From an uncultured Acidobacteriota bacterium (GTDB taxonomy: Bacteria; Acidobacteriota; Vicinamibacteria; Vicinamibacterales; SCN-69-37): a stretch of 64,000 nt of DNA. Made by a program: the position numbers and the translations under genes. The notes under the pieces were generated by a model. The model searched no databases and was not told where the DNA came from. It saw nothing but the letters and a program-made list of their open reading frames with translations. Shown here one piece after another: positions 44,500 to 56,030 of the stretch. The DNA lies in contig CAVSRY010000028.1 in the NCBI GenBank assembly GCA_963730485.1, forward strand, positions 8,932 to 72,931. Direction: 5' to 3'. Each line of letters begins with the position of its first letter. Positions within the stretch are counted from its first letter, which is position 1.

Positions 44500-44728
44500 T
44501 CATGCCGTGGTCCGCGTGTCTGGTCCCGTCAAGGGGAACCCTTGACTAGCTGACGAGCCTGCCTTGAATGAATACGGTCTGCGCGACGCCGCAAAGGGGA
44601 CACGACCACGGTTGAGAGATGGAGTGGTACCACGGCCAGTATGTGAGCGACGCGGGTTGGTCACACTTGCGACAGAGAAGGGAAATGGAGACTGGGGCTT
44701 GTTCGCCGGGCCGCTTTTCAATAACCAT
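44500..44728 (-). CDS. Small putative zinc-ribbon protein (3' end uncertain)
   Basis: ORF 44546..44728 has CRKC and CPLC; lies in a patch of lower GC. Confidence 0.45.
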
Positions 44729-44738
44729 CTAGTCTCGG

Positions 44739-44999
44739 TCAGTTCATCGTCATGCGTGGCGGTATGACGAGCAGGCGCGAGAATGGCCGAACGTTCTCAC
44801 GACCACTCGCGGATTCCGTCAGCAAGTCCAACTGGACTTGCAGCCGTGTGATGTGTTTCAGGCTTACGTCTTGCTCGCTCCGCATCTCCAATAACAGGGC
44901 TTCCATACGATTGAGGCGACGGTGGGAAACAGCCAGCTTTGCCATTGCCGCTGGACTATAACGGTCGAGACGAATTGACGGCTGTTCCCTTTTGTACAC
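44739..44999 (-). CDS. Small hypothetical coiled-coil protein
   Basis: RRLNRMEALLLEMRSEQDVSLKHITRLQVQLDLL heptad pattern. Confidence 0.4.
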   Translation of the reverse strand: MYKREQPSIRLDRYSPAAMAKLAVSHRRLNRMEALLLEMRSEQDVSLKHITRLQVQLDLLTESASGRENVRPFSRLLVIPPRMTMN

Positions 45000-45128
45000 A
45001 CGCTGATTTCTCGTGCGAAGTCGCGTCAGCGACTATGCAAACTGACCCAGTACCACATCAGGCGTACATGGGCTTGGGGCTCGAGGCTTGCGGTCTGGGG
45101 CTTGAGGCCCCAGACCGTCGTAAACTCG

Positions 45129-45869
45129 ATGCTCGACATGTACGCGCTTCAGCCAGGTTCTGGGACCGATCGCGACGCCGCGCGGTGCGAAGAGCTGCGC
45201 TCTCAGGTGTCTCGCCGCGAGAGCGAGCTCGACGCCCTCAAGGTCGAGCTCCAGAAACTGCAGTCGCGTTACCTCGGCGAGATCGGGTCGCTCTATCGCG
45301 AGCTGAGCGAGCTCGAGGATCAGATCTTCGAGGCCGAAGTGCGAGCCGGACTCAGGCCGCCGGTCGCCGAGGAACAGCCCGATGGCGGGTCCGCTGACCC
45401 TGTCGAGACCGATGGCGGGTTTCAGTGCTCCAACCGATCGCAACCCTCCGACGAGCTCAAGAAAGTGTTTCGCGATGTCGCGAAGTCGATCCACCCGGAC
45501 CTCGCGGTCGACGGCCCGGAGTGGAATCGCCGCCATTCGCTCATGGCCGAGGCCAATCGCGCCTACGCCGAGCGAGACGCCGACCGGCTGCGGCTGATTC
45601 TCCACGCCTGGCAGAACGATCCGGATTCGATTGCCGATGACGAACCCAACGCGACGCCGCGCCGGATTGCGCTGCTCGAGCAGCAATTAGTGGTCATCGA
45701 CGCGGAGTTCGCCGAGCTTCGGAAGTCGGCCATCTATCGCTTGAAGACCAAGATCGAAAGCACGCGCGCAGAGGGCTGGGACCTGTTCGCCGAGATGCGG
45801 CTGCAGGTGAAGAGTGAGGTTGGCCGCGCCAAGGCACGTCTCATGAAGTTGCGGAGCGCGGTGCGGTAG
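45129..45869 (+). CDS. Coiled-coil protein with central J-domain-like motif
   Basis: ELKKVFRDVAKSIHPDLA...MAEANRAY flanked by coiled coils. Confidence 0.8.
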   Translation: MLDMYALQPGSGTDRDAARCEELRSQVSRRESELDALKVELQKLQSRYLGEIGSLYRELSELEDQIFEAEVRAGLRPPVAEEQPDGGSADPVETDGGFQCSNRSQPSDELKKVFRDVAKSIHPDLAVDGPEWNRRHSLMAEANRAYAERDADRLRLILHAWQNDPDSIADDEPNATPRRIALLEQQLVVIDAEFAELRKSAIYRLKTKIESTRAEGWDLFAEMRLQVKSEVGRAKARLMKLRSAVR

Positions 45870-46013
45870 CGGCCGTGCACCCATCCGCGTCGCCGCGTCA
45901 CCTTGCGATGGCGGGTCTCGTCGGACCGGTGTGCATGGGCCGGGCTCATTCAGCGGATTCTCTGCGCGATTTGGTTTACGTGGATGATTGTTGCGGCGAG
46001 TCGGCTGAGACGC

Positions 46014-47426
46014 TCAATCTAAGCGAGGTCGAGCCGATCCCCCAAGCAGTGATGTATTGATCGTGGCCGAGAAGTGATTGCCCTCGGCGCCGTGCGCCAG
46101 CGACACCACGACCATTGGGAAACCGCCAGCGCGCACGGTGACGCCGGCCGCGACGCTCGTGCGTAACCCGGCGGCCGAGAGCTCCGCGCGCCGGAGGCCG
46201 ACCATGCCCTGTTCGAGCTGCACCCACGCGCCCACGGGCCCCCACACCGAGTGCTCGATCGACTCCTGAAAATGCATCGCGTGCGGGCCGCGGAAGCGGT
46301 AGTCGTCGAAGCCCGACAGGCTCGCCTGGCCGTTGACGTCCGATCCGCCGAGCGTGGGCTGGAGGTAGAAGGGCACGACGTTCCCGCCTGACGCCGAAGA
46401 CGTCATGTAAACCGCCCGCAGGCCGACCGACCCGCGGCGGTCGCGCGAGACTGAGAGTGGCGGACAGTCACCGCCATCGCCGCTCATCGAGCAGCTATTC
46501 GGGTCGTTCGTGTCTCGCGCCTCGACACGGCCACTGCGCCCATAGAGCGGGATCTCATGATCCAGGTCGATTCGCCATCGTCGGAACGACACGCCTTCGC
46601 CGAAAAACTGCTGGAACCGGACCAGGTAGTTGAACCGCAGGCGCCCGCCGAACGCGTCGGGCCTGAGGCGAGCACCTTCGCCGATCTGCAGGACGTTCGG
46701 TTGGTCGGTGAGGCCAGGTGCCGTGGTCTCCGTGAAGACATCGCCCACGAAAGGCACGTCATCCGACGCGCCATCGCGAATCGCGACAATTCGTCCATGC
46801 GCCTCGCCGAGAAGCGACAGGTTCAATGCCCGCGCCAGGCCGAAGCTGGAGATCGGCGCGACGACGTTTCCGCCGACGACGGTGTGCCGCAGCCCGAACT
46901 CGGTGCGTTCGTCGATCGAGGAGTCTGGTCCAAGCCCGAAGAACTCGACCCGGCCAAGGGACGTCGTCTGCCCGTACAGGCTGAACACGGTGGACGGGCG
47001 CACGACGAGTGCTCCCGGCGCGGGCGCGGTGGTTGGATCGGTGACGACCGTGATGACGTCCTCCGGTGTGCGCACGAACATTACGTAGCCGCCGGCCCGC
47101 CATGCGCCTTTGAAGCTGCGGACGGCATCGGCGCTCCAACTGACGCGCCAGGTCTCGCTTGGCGCGTAGTGCGTGCCAAAGGCGGCGCCGAGCGACAGGC
47201 CGTTGCCGGGCGCGATGCTGCCAATCGCCAGGTGCAACGGCTTGCCTGTCGCCACCAGAACGGCACAGCCCACGACGGTCTTCGGGCTCCCGCAGCTCTC
47301 GCGAAGGTGCTCCGCCTCGCGACGCAACTCAGCCCGTAGCCGGCTTTCCTGCGCGTCGGCGATCCCGGCAAGAGCCACGTACGCGCTAGCCGCCCCGACC
47401 GCGAAGGCGGACTTGATGCTGCTCAT
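46014..47426 (-). CDS. Omp85/BamA-like outer-membrane beta-barrel protein
   Basis: Signal-like N-terminus; GSIAPGNGLSLG; FFGLGPDS; VPFYLQPTLGGS...LSGFDDYRFRG. Confidence 0.65.
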   Translation of the reverse strand: MSSIKSAFAVGAASAYVALAGIADAQESRLRAELRREAEHLRESCGSPKTVVGCAVLVATGKPLHLAIGSIAPGNGLSLGAAFGTHYAPSETWRVSWSADAVRSFKGAWRAGGYVMFVRTPEDVITVVTDPTTAPAPGALVVRPSTVFSLYGQTTSLGRVEFFGLGPDSSIDERTEFGLRHTVVGGNVVAPISSFGLARALNLSLLGEAHGRIVAIRDGASDDVPFVGDVFTETTAPGLTDQPNVLQIGEGARLRPDAFGGRLRFNYLVRFQQFFGEGVSFRRWRIDLDHEIPLYGRSGRVEARDTNDPNSCSMSGDGGDCPPLSVSRDRRGSVGLRAVYMTSSASGGNVVPFYLQPTLGGSDVNGQASLSGFDDYRFRGPHAMHFQESIEHSVWGPVGAWVQLEQGMVGLRRAELSAAGLRTSVAAGVTVRAGGFPMVVVSLAHGAEGNHFSATINTSLLGGSARPRLD

Positions 47427-47758
47427 CGTTTCTTCGCCCGACGCCGCCCCGTCGACGCGGCCTTCTTTGCCGGACGCTTCTTCCGTTTGGTGACGGCAAC
47501 CGCAATTGGCGGCGACGCCGCGCCGGCGGGTTGTCCGGTCCCTTCAGGGTGGAGCCGGCGAGTGACCTTCTCGATGAACGCCGCGGCCTGACCCTCCGTC
47601 CGTACGCGCTTCGCTTGGGCGGCCAATCGGTTTCCCGTTCCGCTCGGCGCAAGGATGTAGCCCAGCTGCTCGACCTGACTCCGCAGGAGGTCGGACGCCC
47701 GGCGGTTCTTGTTGAACGCACTTGCCGGTACTTTCGGAACTTTGATCGGTTTCATCAT
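47423..47758 (-). CDS. Small basic hypothetical protein
   Basis: MMKPIKVPKVPASAFNKNRRASDLL... with a Lys/Arg-rich tail; overlaps the start of the next gene. Confidence 0.6.
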   Translation of the reverse strand: MMKPIKVPKVPASAFNKNRRASDLLRSQVEQLGYILAPSGTGNRLAAQAKRVRTEGQAAAFIEKVTRRLHPEGTGQPAGAASPPIAVAVTKRKKRPAKKAASTGRRRAKKR

Positions 47759-47772
47759 GTGGCAACGCTCTC

Positions 47773-48969
47773 TCAGCTCAACTGGAACACCGGCGTCTCG
47801 GTGCGCATCTCGTTCAGGGAGAGCAGGTCGAGAAACAGCTCGGCGTCTTTCTCGCGCGGCGATCGGTTGTCGAACGGTCCAATGAAGAAATCCGTCACGG
47901 TCGCCGGAATCGACGCGTGCTCGAACGTACGGCCGCCGACAACCGTCCCTTTCGGCACCCACGGCGATACCAGCACCGCGGGGACGCGCACGCCCAAACG
48001 GTCAAAGAAGAATGGCCGGCCCGTGCCGGTCTTGTCCGGCTGCGCGAAGAACTGGTCAGGAATGCAGAAGGGAGGCGGTACGTGGTCGTAGACCCCGCCG
48101 TGTTCGTCGTAGGTGATCAGCAGCGCGGTGCTCTCCCACAGCAGGGCGTTCTGCCGAATCGCGTTGTAGATGGACGCGATGAATCGCTCGCCGGACCCGA
48201 CGTGATGGTCGGGATGCTGGTCGCACGCGAGCAGCATTCCTCCGGGGCCCTCGTGGTCCGTGTAGTTCGGCTCCACGAACGAGTAGTCGGGGAGCGTGCC
48301 GTTGGCGCAATCCTGAATGAACTGGTCGTACGTGCCGAAGATCCTCGGCTGGCTCTGCAGGAGGTTCACCACCTCCATCGTCGAGCTGGCCTGGTCGAAG
48401 TAATAGAGCTTCGACGTGTTGCCCTCGTCCAACAGCCGTTCGTAGATGCTCTTGTACTGTTGATTGGCGTACCAGATTTCCATGCCCACGTGGCCGAACG
48501 ACGTGCCGTAGTGCGCGAACGCGCGGTTGCACAATGTGGGCCCTGGAACGGACGCAAACCATCCATTGAACACGGCGAATTCACGAGCGAGCGTCGTCAG
48601 CACCGGCAACTTCTGCGGCGGGAACGTGTACATGATCTTCCGCGAGTGCTTCACGTCGTGGCGCTGGTTGAAGTAGCTCTTCACGAACCCGCCCATCGTC
48701 GGCACACGGTGCAAAGACGGGTCGCCATCGAAAATCTGCAGATCCACGGCGGGGAAGTGATGGTCCGGATCCGGGTTCAGCTGACCCTGAAACTTCGCCG
48801 ACGGCTCGGCGAACACCGGCTTTCCGGTCGTATCGACATTGAACTCGTTGCCGGTGAGCCCATCGATGCGCGGGTCGAGCGCCCGAAGACCACCGAGCAT
48901 GTGATCGAACGAACGGTTCTCCATCATCAACACGACGATGTGCTTGAGCTTGTCGAGGCCACGGGGCAC
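47773..48969 (-). CDS. Phosphoesterase / non-specific phospholipase C family
   Basis: KHIVVLMMENRSFDHMLG; SVPGPTLCNR; DQHP; ITYDEHGGVYDHVPPP; RLGVRVP; FEHASI. Confidence 0.92.
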   Translation of the reverse strand: MPRGLDKLKHIVVLMMENRSFDHMLGGLRALDPRIDGLTGNEFNVDTTGKPVFAEPSAKFQGQLNPDPDHHFPAVDLQIFDGDPSLHRVPTMGGFVKSYFNQRHDVKHSRKIMYTFPPQKLPVLTTLAREFAVFNGWFASVPGPTLCNRAFAHYGTSFGHVGMEIWYANQQYKSIYERLLDEGNTSKLYYFDQASSTMEVVNLLQSQPRIFGTYDQFIQDCANGTLPDYSFVEPNYTDHEGPGGMLLACDQHPDHHVGSGERFIASIYNAIRQNALLWESTALLITYDEHGGVYDHVPPPFCIPDQFFAQPDKTGTGRPFFFDRLGVRVPAVLVSPWVPKGTVVGGRTFEHASIPATVTDFFIGPFDNRSPREKDAELFLDLLSLNEMRTETPVFQLS

Positions 48970-49138
48970 GGGTAGAACTCCGGATGTGGATCGCGTGATG
49001 ACGTCGCTGAGCGGGCGACTGGCGCGATAGTCGAAACGTCCGCGGGGAGCGGCGGTGAAAGTCTAACCTGAGCGGTCACTGGAATCGAGGATATGCTCTG
49101 ACGTCCGTCCCGCCGTTCAAGCGACTGGAGTCAGCCTG

Positions 49139-50310
49139 ATGCGACGAACCGTGCGCGATCTCGCACTGTGTACTGGTGTCGTCGCGATGTGCGCGACAAC
49201 TGCGAGCGCTCAGCAGCCCGTTCCGGCTCGAACAGAAAAGTGGGAGGTCGCGGTCACGTTCGGCGGATTGATCTCCACGAATCCGAGCGGCGGGACGGTC
49301 ACGGCGCCTCCCGTGGATCGGTTGCTGCCGCTTGCGGGCGGCGGATCGGGCCCACGAGTGTCGTCCTGGTTCTTCGGCGATGGTGCGACGCTGCTGAACG
49401 ACGTCAACGCGCAGTTGGGTATTGGCGTCCGAGTCACGTCACTTGACGACGTGCTTGGATCGTCGATGATTCAGACACCGAACACGATCGCTGTCGGGTT
49501 CCGCGTCGCGCGCGTCCTCACGTCGCGCCTGACGGCGGAACTGACGCTGGACTACAGTCCGACGGGAACGAGGGCGAGGGATTCCGTCTCGGGTGCGCTG
49601 CGCGGAGACCCGGACTACTTTCGTGGACGCCATGCGGCCGCTGATCGATTCGGGGCCGAATACCAACCTCTTACCGTTTACGACCAGCAGCGGCGTTTGG
49701 CCCGGAACAGGCGGGCAACTTCTGACCATCGGGGCGTTGAAGGTACGCGTTGACGTCCATGCGCCGGGTTACGCCGTTCGTCGTCGGAGGCGCGGGCATC
49801 ACGTCGCGGTTCGGAGAACTGCCGACAGCGGGTGTGAGGGGACACTACGCCGCGCGGTTCGGGTTTCCGGAGTGTCACTGTGGGATGAGCGAGAGAGACG
49901 TCGTTCGATTTCGTGTCTCGGAACCGTCGCGTGGGGTCGTGGGCATGCTCGGCGTCGGATTCGACTATCAGCCCAGGGTGAAGTTCTGGCGCGGCCGGGC
50001 GGAGAACAGTTCTCGTTGGGGCATTCGGATTGAAGCGCGCGCGTATATCGGTTCCACCGAGAGCGAGACATTCGTCGATACCCGTCCATCGTTCGAGACG
50101 GAGCCGCCCGATGAATTCGACTTCGACTATCCCGTTTCGGGCGTCTTGGTGGTTGGCGCGGCGCCCGCGGCGCAGTTCAGCAACGACCCGCCGGTCACGG
50201 GTTTCGAATCGAGCCTGAGCGGCCAGCCCCTCACGAACTACCGAGTCTTCGAAGGCAGCGGGATACGCGCGCGCGTAGCGATCACGACGGGGCTGTTCGT
50301 TCGTTTCTAA
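49139..50310 (+). CDS. Secreted/outer-membrane beta-barrel hypothetical protein (frameshifted)
   Basis: Signal peptide; alternating beta strands; TPFVVGGAG; C-terminal GLFVRF. Confidence 0.65.
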
Positions 50311-50526
50311 CGCTGGATGGCTCATGGCTTAGGGCTCAAGGCCGCTCCAATCGATTGGCGCTATCGCTGCGCGGTAGACGTTGCAGAGGTGGCTTGGGAC
50401 GATCTGACAACACTCGATCTGAAATAGCGTGGGCCGGTTCGCGTGCGGCCTCCGCGCCTCCGCCTCTCTTCACGACTCATCGGCCTGTGCCTTTCGCGCC
50501 CACGTGTGCTTTCGTGGCACAGGGCG

Positions 50527-50580
50527 TTGACAGTCAACTCCTTCCGCATCAACAACTTGTACAATGGCGCGCCGGTTGCT
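50527..50580 (+). promoter_or_regulatory. Sigma54 promoter with adjacent IHF-like site and palindrome
   Basis: TGGCGCGCCGGTTGCT (GG 50566-67, GC 50578-79); ATCAAcaacTTG at 50548-59; TTGACAGTCAA at 50527-37. Confidence 0.7.
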
Positions 50581-50592
50581 TAGTGGCTCGAC

Positions 50593-52161
50593 ATGAGAAC
50601 ACTCGCGCTGCTACTCGCACTCGTCACCACGCCGTTCGCGGCACACGCACAAGACACCGCCGTTCCTGACGGCGCCATCATCGAATCGGCCGAGGTCAGC
50701 GGCCTCGCGCTCGACCAACTCAGTCCCGGACTGCAGCAGGAGATCGCCGCGCTCGCGGGCCAGTCACTGAACCGTGAACGGCTGAACGCTCTTGCCGCTC
50801 GCATTGAGGGCGAACGACCTGACGTCGTCGCCGCGGTTCGCGACGTCGCCCAACCCGACGGGCGCGTGCGGGTCGTCTTTCTCGTCGCGCGCATCAGTGA
50901 CAACGAAGGGCTCGCCGAGAACATCAACGCTCGCTACACGGTCGAGCACGTCGAGGTGACGGGCATCCCTGACCGCAAAGTCAGCCAGGAACTGCTCGAT
51001 GAGCTGCAGGCGCTCGTCGGCAAACCGCACGATTCAACCGAGGCCGACCGGCTAGCCCGAAAGCTCGAGGCTGAGCTGCCGGACTACGACGTCAGCCGGC
51101 GCATGCGGCGCGGCGACGAGTCGGGCCGGATTCGACTCGTGTTCGAGATCAGGCGATCGGAGCGGAGCCGCTGGCTGCGCTTCACGCCATCGCGGTCGAA
51201 GCTCGTCTACCACCAGGACCAAGGGTGGAGCGGGGTCATCGACCTACCGATTGGCGGCCGCACCAACAACCAGTTCAATGTCGGCTTCGTCCTCGGCAAC
51301 GACGACGACCTGATCGAGGAGTACTCGGGCTATCGGCTCCGTTTCCAGAACCGGCGGGCTGGCACGGAGCGGATCGGTGTCGGCTTCGAGTTGTCGCGCT
51401 TTTCGCAGGACTGGCGCGACGCCACGCTCGTTGCGCTCGATGCGACGCCCGACCTCGCGCGACCCTATCGCACCCGCCTCACATTCGAACCGAAGGTCAC
51501 CTTCGCGATTACCCCGCGCGTCAGGGTGAGCGCAGGGGTGAGCACGTCCGAGCTGAAGCCGCTCGACACCGGGCTCGAATCGCAACACGCGAATGCCTTC
51601 GTGACGGGAATCGGCTACGACCAGACCTGGAGCCGCCGCCGACGTGCGACGACTACGAACTCGTCTAGCTCATTCACGGGAAGGCGCGTCGAGCACGTCA
51701 GCGACGGTGGGCAGACAGTTCAGGCGACGTACGAGTTCCACGCCGGAACCGACGATCTCGACAGCGATCTGAGCTACCGGCGTCATCTCGCAGAGGCGCG
51801 TTTCAAGACCGAGCGCGGCGGCACGTCCTTCATTGCGGACTTTCGGGCAGGCCGCATCACCGGCGGCGCACCACTGTTCGAGCGGTTCACGCTCGGCGAT
51901 TCGACGACGCTCCGCGGCTGGAACAAGTTCGACCTCGCCCCAGCGGGCGCCGACCGCATGTGGCATCAGTCGGTCGAGTTCCACCACCACCTGTTCTCGT
52001 ATTTCTTCGACGCCGGCTCGATTTGGAACGAAGGCGGTGAGCGCAAGATCCGCCTCGCGACTGGCGTCGGTTTCGGCGTTCTGTTTGTCGGCTTCCCGCT
52101 GAATGCCGACGATGGCGACGCGACGTTCATCCTGAACGTGCGTTTTGGAGCCGGGTTTTGA
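50593..52161 (+). CDS. Omp85/BamA-TamA family protein with two POTRA-like repeats
   Basis: Signal peptide; duplicated (I/V)E..EV(S/T)G...(E/Q)..AL.G motif; FTLGDSTTLRGW; C-terminal RFGAGF. Confidence 0.75.
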   Translation: MRTLALLLALVTTPFAAHAQDTAVPDGAIIESAEVSGLALDQLSPGLQQEIAALAGQSLNRERLNALAARIEGERPDVVAAVRDVAQPDGRVRVVFLVARISDNEGLAENINARYTVEHVEVTGIPDRKVSQELLDELQALVGKPHDSTEADRLARKLEAELPDYDVSRRMRRGDESGRIRLVFEIRRSERSRWLRFTPSRSKLVYHQDQGWSGVIDLPIGGRTNNQFNVGFVLGNDDDLIEEYSGYRLRFQNRRAGTERIGVGFELSRFSQDWRDATLVALDATPDLARPYRTRLTFEPKVTFAITPRVRVSAGVSTSELKPLDTGLESQHANAFVTGIGYDQTWSRRRRATTTNSSSSFTGRRVEHVSDGGQTVQATYEFHAGTDDLDSDLSYRRHLAEARFKTERGGTSFIADFRAGRITGGAPLFERFTLGDSTTLRGWNKFDLAPAGADRMWHQSVEFHHHLFSYFFDAGSIWNEGGERKIRLATGVGFGVLFVGFPLNADDGDATFILNVRFGAGF

Positions 52162-52754
52162 GGACGCGGGCGAGGACACGGGCCGCCGAGCTCAAGCTCG
52201 GCGCGACGTACTGCCTGTGCGTCGCCGCCATACTCATCGCGCCGCTGGCGGCTCAGTCAATCGCCGTGAGCACGACGGGCGGTATGCTGCGCGTGCGGTC
52301 GGGGTTCGGCTTCATCGAAGGTGCGGTCATGGATCAGTTGCGCGACGGCCGATCGGTCCGTGTCGACTTCGCGCTTACCGTGCTCCACGCGCCGCGGGGC
52401 TCCGTGATCGCCGAGGCCCGGCAGAGCTTCACCCTGAGCTTCGACTTGTGGGAAGAGCGCATTGCGGTCACGCGTATCGGCACGCCGCCGCGCTCCGTGT
52501 CGCATCTGCGACCGCGGGATGCCGAGGTCTGGTGTCTCGACAACCTGGCGGTCGCGCGAAGCGAGCTGGGCCGGCTGACGCGCGACACGCCGTTCTGGGT
52601 CAGACTCGAGTACACGTTGCCGGACGTCGTGTCAGACTCGGAGGCCGACGAGACGCTGACGATTCGGCGATTGATCGATGTGCTGAGCCGTCGCCCGAAG
52701 GACGTCGAGACCGGAAAATCCGTGGAATCCGGTCCGTTTCGGCTGTCGGACTAG
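52158..52754 (+). CDS. Periplasmic protein, DUF4390-like
   Basis: Signal peptide; QLRDGRSVRVDF; FTLSFDLWEE; located directly before the HAMP kinase. Confidence 0.55.
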   Translation: MRTRARTRAAELKLGATYCLCVAAILIAPLAAQSIAVSTTGGMLRVRSGFGFIEGAVMDQLRDGRSVRVDFALTVLHAPRGSVIAEARQSFTLSFDLWEERIAVTRIGTPPRSVSHLRPRDAEVWCLDNLAVARSELGRLTRDTPFWVRLEYTLPDVVSDSEADETLTIRRLIDVLSRRPKDVETGKSVESGPFRLSD

Positions 52755-52756
52755 AT

Positions 52757-54213
52757 GTGTATCGACTTCGCAACCGCCTGATCGCCGCCTTCGTCGTCTC
52801 GACGATCCTGCCCCTGGCGGCGTCGATCTGGATCGCCTCGTCTCTTCTCGATCGCAGCCTCGGCTACGCGACGACTGGCGAAGTCGATCGGCTGTCGCGC
52901 ACGCTCGAAGGGACCGTGCGGCAGTTCTATCAGCGTGAGCGGGAGTCGCTGAAGCTGGATGCGACGGCCGGGCGAGTGGCACCAATGCATTTCGCCGTCG
53001 CGGACCAGTCCAATTGGCCGGACGCCGTGCGGGCGTTCTGGGACAGCGGGGAAGCCGAACGGTTCGGCGTGTCCGGTCCGGGCGGCGACCATCTCGACTT
53101 TCTGCGAAAAGACACGCGCGGCGTGGAGGTCTTCAGTCGCGACCTGGGCGGCATCCACATGCAGGAACTGTCCGCCGAGTTCGGACGCACTCGCGCGCTC
53201 GTCGGGTCGATCGCGTCGCGCGATCTTCGGCGCGGCTTCACGCTGACGCTTCTTCTCTTGATCGGCGCTCGTGTGGCTCGTCTCGCTGGTTCCGCTCATG
53301 TTCATCGCGCATCGGGTGAGCCGGCCGATTCAGCAGCTGACCGCCGGACTGACCGACTTTGCGGGCGGCGATTGGGACAGACGGATCGAAACCAGCCGGA
53401 ACGACGAGGTTGGACGCGCCGTCGACGCGTTCAACAACATGGCCGAGCAGCTCCGGACGAACCGCGACCGCATCGTGTACCTGGCGCAGATGTCGAGCTG
53501 GCAGTCGCTCGCGAGAAAGACGGCGCACGAGCTGAAGAATTCGCTGACGCCGATTCGCCTCACCGTCGAGGAAATGCTCGCGCGTCAGCCCACCGCCGAC
53601 CGCGCCTTCATGGAGCAGGCCGCGCAGATTGTCGTCTCCGAAATCGAGATCGCTCGAGGGGCGCGTCCGCGCGTTCTCAGAATTTGCCAGCGACCCGCCC
53701 GTCAGGCCCGAATCGCTCGACGTCAATACGCTGGTCACCGAACGCATCGCGCTGTTGAAACCAGCGCACCGGCCACGACGTATCGAGTCTACGGCTGGAC
53801 TGCCGACAGCCCGCGCGTCTATGCCGGCGCCGACCTCGTGAAGGGCATCCTGACGAACCTGCTCGAAAACGCCGCCGACGCTGCCGGCCCAGGCGGAACG
53901 GTCCTGACCGTGACGCGCGCAGACGGCGACCACATCGTGATCGAAGTTCACGATTCGGGACCGGGACTGAGCGATCAGGCCGCCGCGAACGCTCTTCGAG
54001 CCGACAATTACGTTCAAGAAACACGGCATGGGTCTTGGTCTGTCGATTGCCAGGAAGAACGCGTTGGTATCAGGGGGAGACATCTCGGTCGTCGACGGCG
54101 AACTCGGGGGCGCGGCGTTTCAGGGTCACGTTGCCGGCGGTTGGTCCGAAGGTCCGACAAGGTGCCTCACCGAAGCCGCCAGGCCGCGAAGTCGGGTCGG
54201 AAGGTTCGAAGGG

Positions 54214-54217
<4 letters not shown>
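52757..54217 (+). CDS. HAMP-domain sensor histidine kinase, NtrY-like (frameshifted)
   Basis: Two TM segments; [17 protein letters not shown]; [19 protein letters not shown]; NLLENA; DSGPG; GLGLSI. Confidence 0.88.
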
Positions 54218-55579
<1,362 letters not shown>

Positions 55580-55584
55580 GCTCC

Positions 55585-56001
55585 TCACTTCGCTTCTTCA
55601 GGCCATCCGCCTCGTACTTCAGATACCGGTGCGTGATGTCTCGCGTCATTCGCGCCAGCAGGCGGCCAACAAAACCCTGGTAGTAAAGGACGAGCGCGGC
55701 TCGCGTGCCGCCGGCGATCGGTTGCACTGAGTGATTGGCATAGACGCGCATCCCGGGCGCGCCGCTTTCCCAGGTGAAGCTTCGCCCTGGTTCCAACGCC
55801 GTGACCTTCCACATCGCGGGCGGGAATCTCGGCTGTTTGATCCGCGCCCGCGTACCCACGCCGAATCGGCCCGCCACCCACGAGCCGGATGCTGCGGACC
55901 GATTGGGTCCACTCGTGCCAGCGCTCGACGTCGGACATGACCGCCCAGACGACCTCGGGCGGGGCGGCGATATCCACCGAGGTGCGGAACTCCACGACCA
56001 T
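55585..56001 (-). CDS. SRPBCC family protein (frameshift near 55870)
   Basis: VDIAAPPEVVWAVMSDVERWHEW; WKVTALEPGRSFTW. Confidence 0.85.
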   Translation of the reverse strand: MVVEFRTSVDIAAPPEVVWAVMSDVERWHEWTQSVRSIRLVGGGPIRRGYAGADQTAEIPARDVEGHGVGTRAKLHLGKRRARDARLCQSLSATDRRRHASRARPLLPGFCWPPAGANDARHHAPVSEVRGGWPEEAK

Positions 56002-56030
56002 AGAATACGAATCCGCGAGCCCGAGTGACG

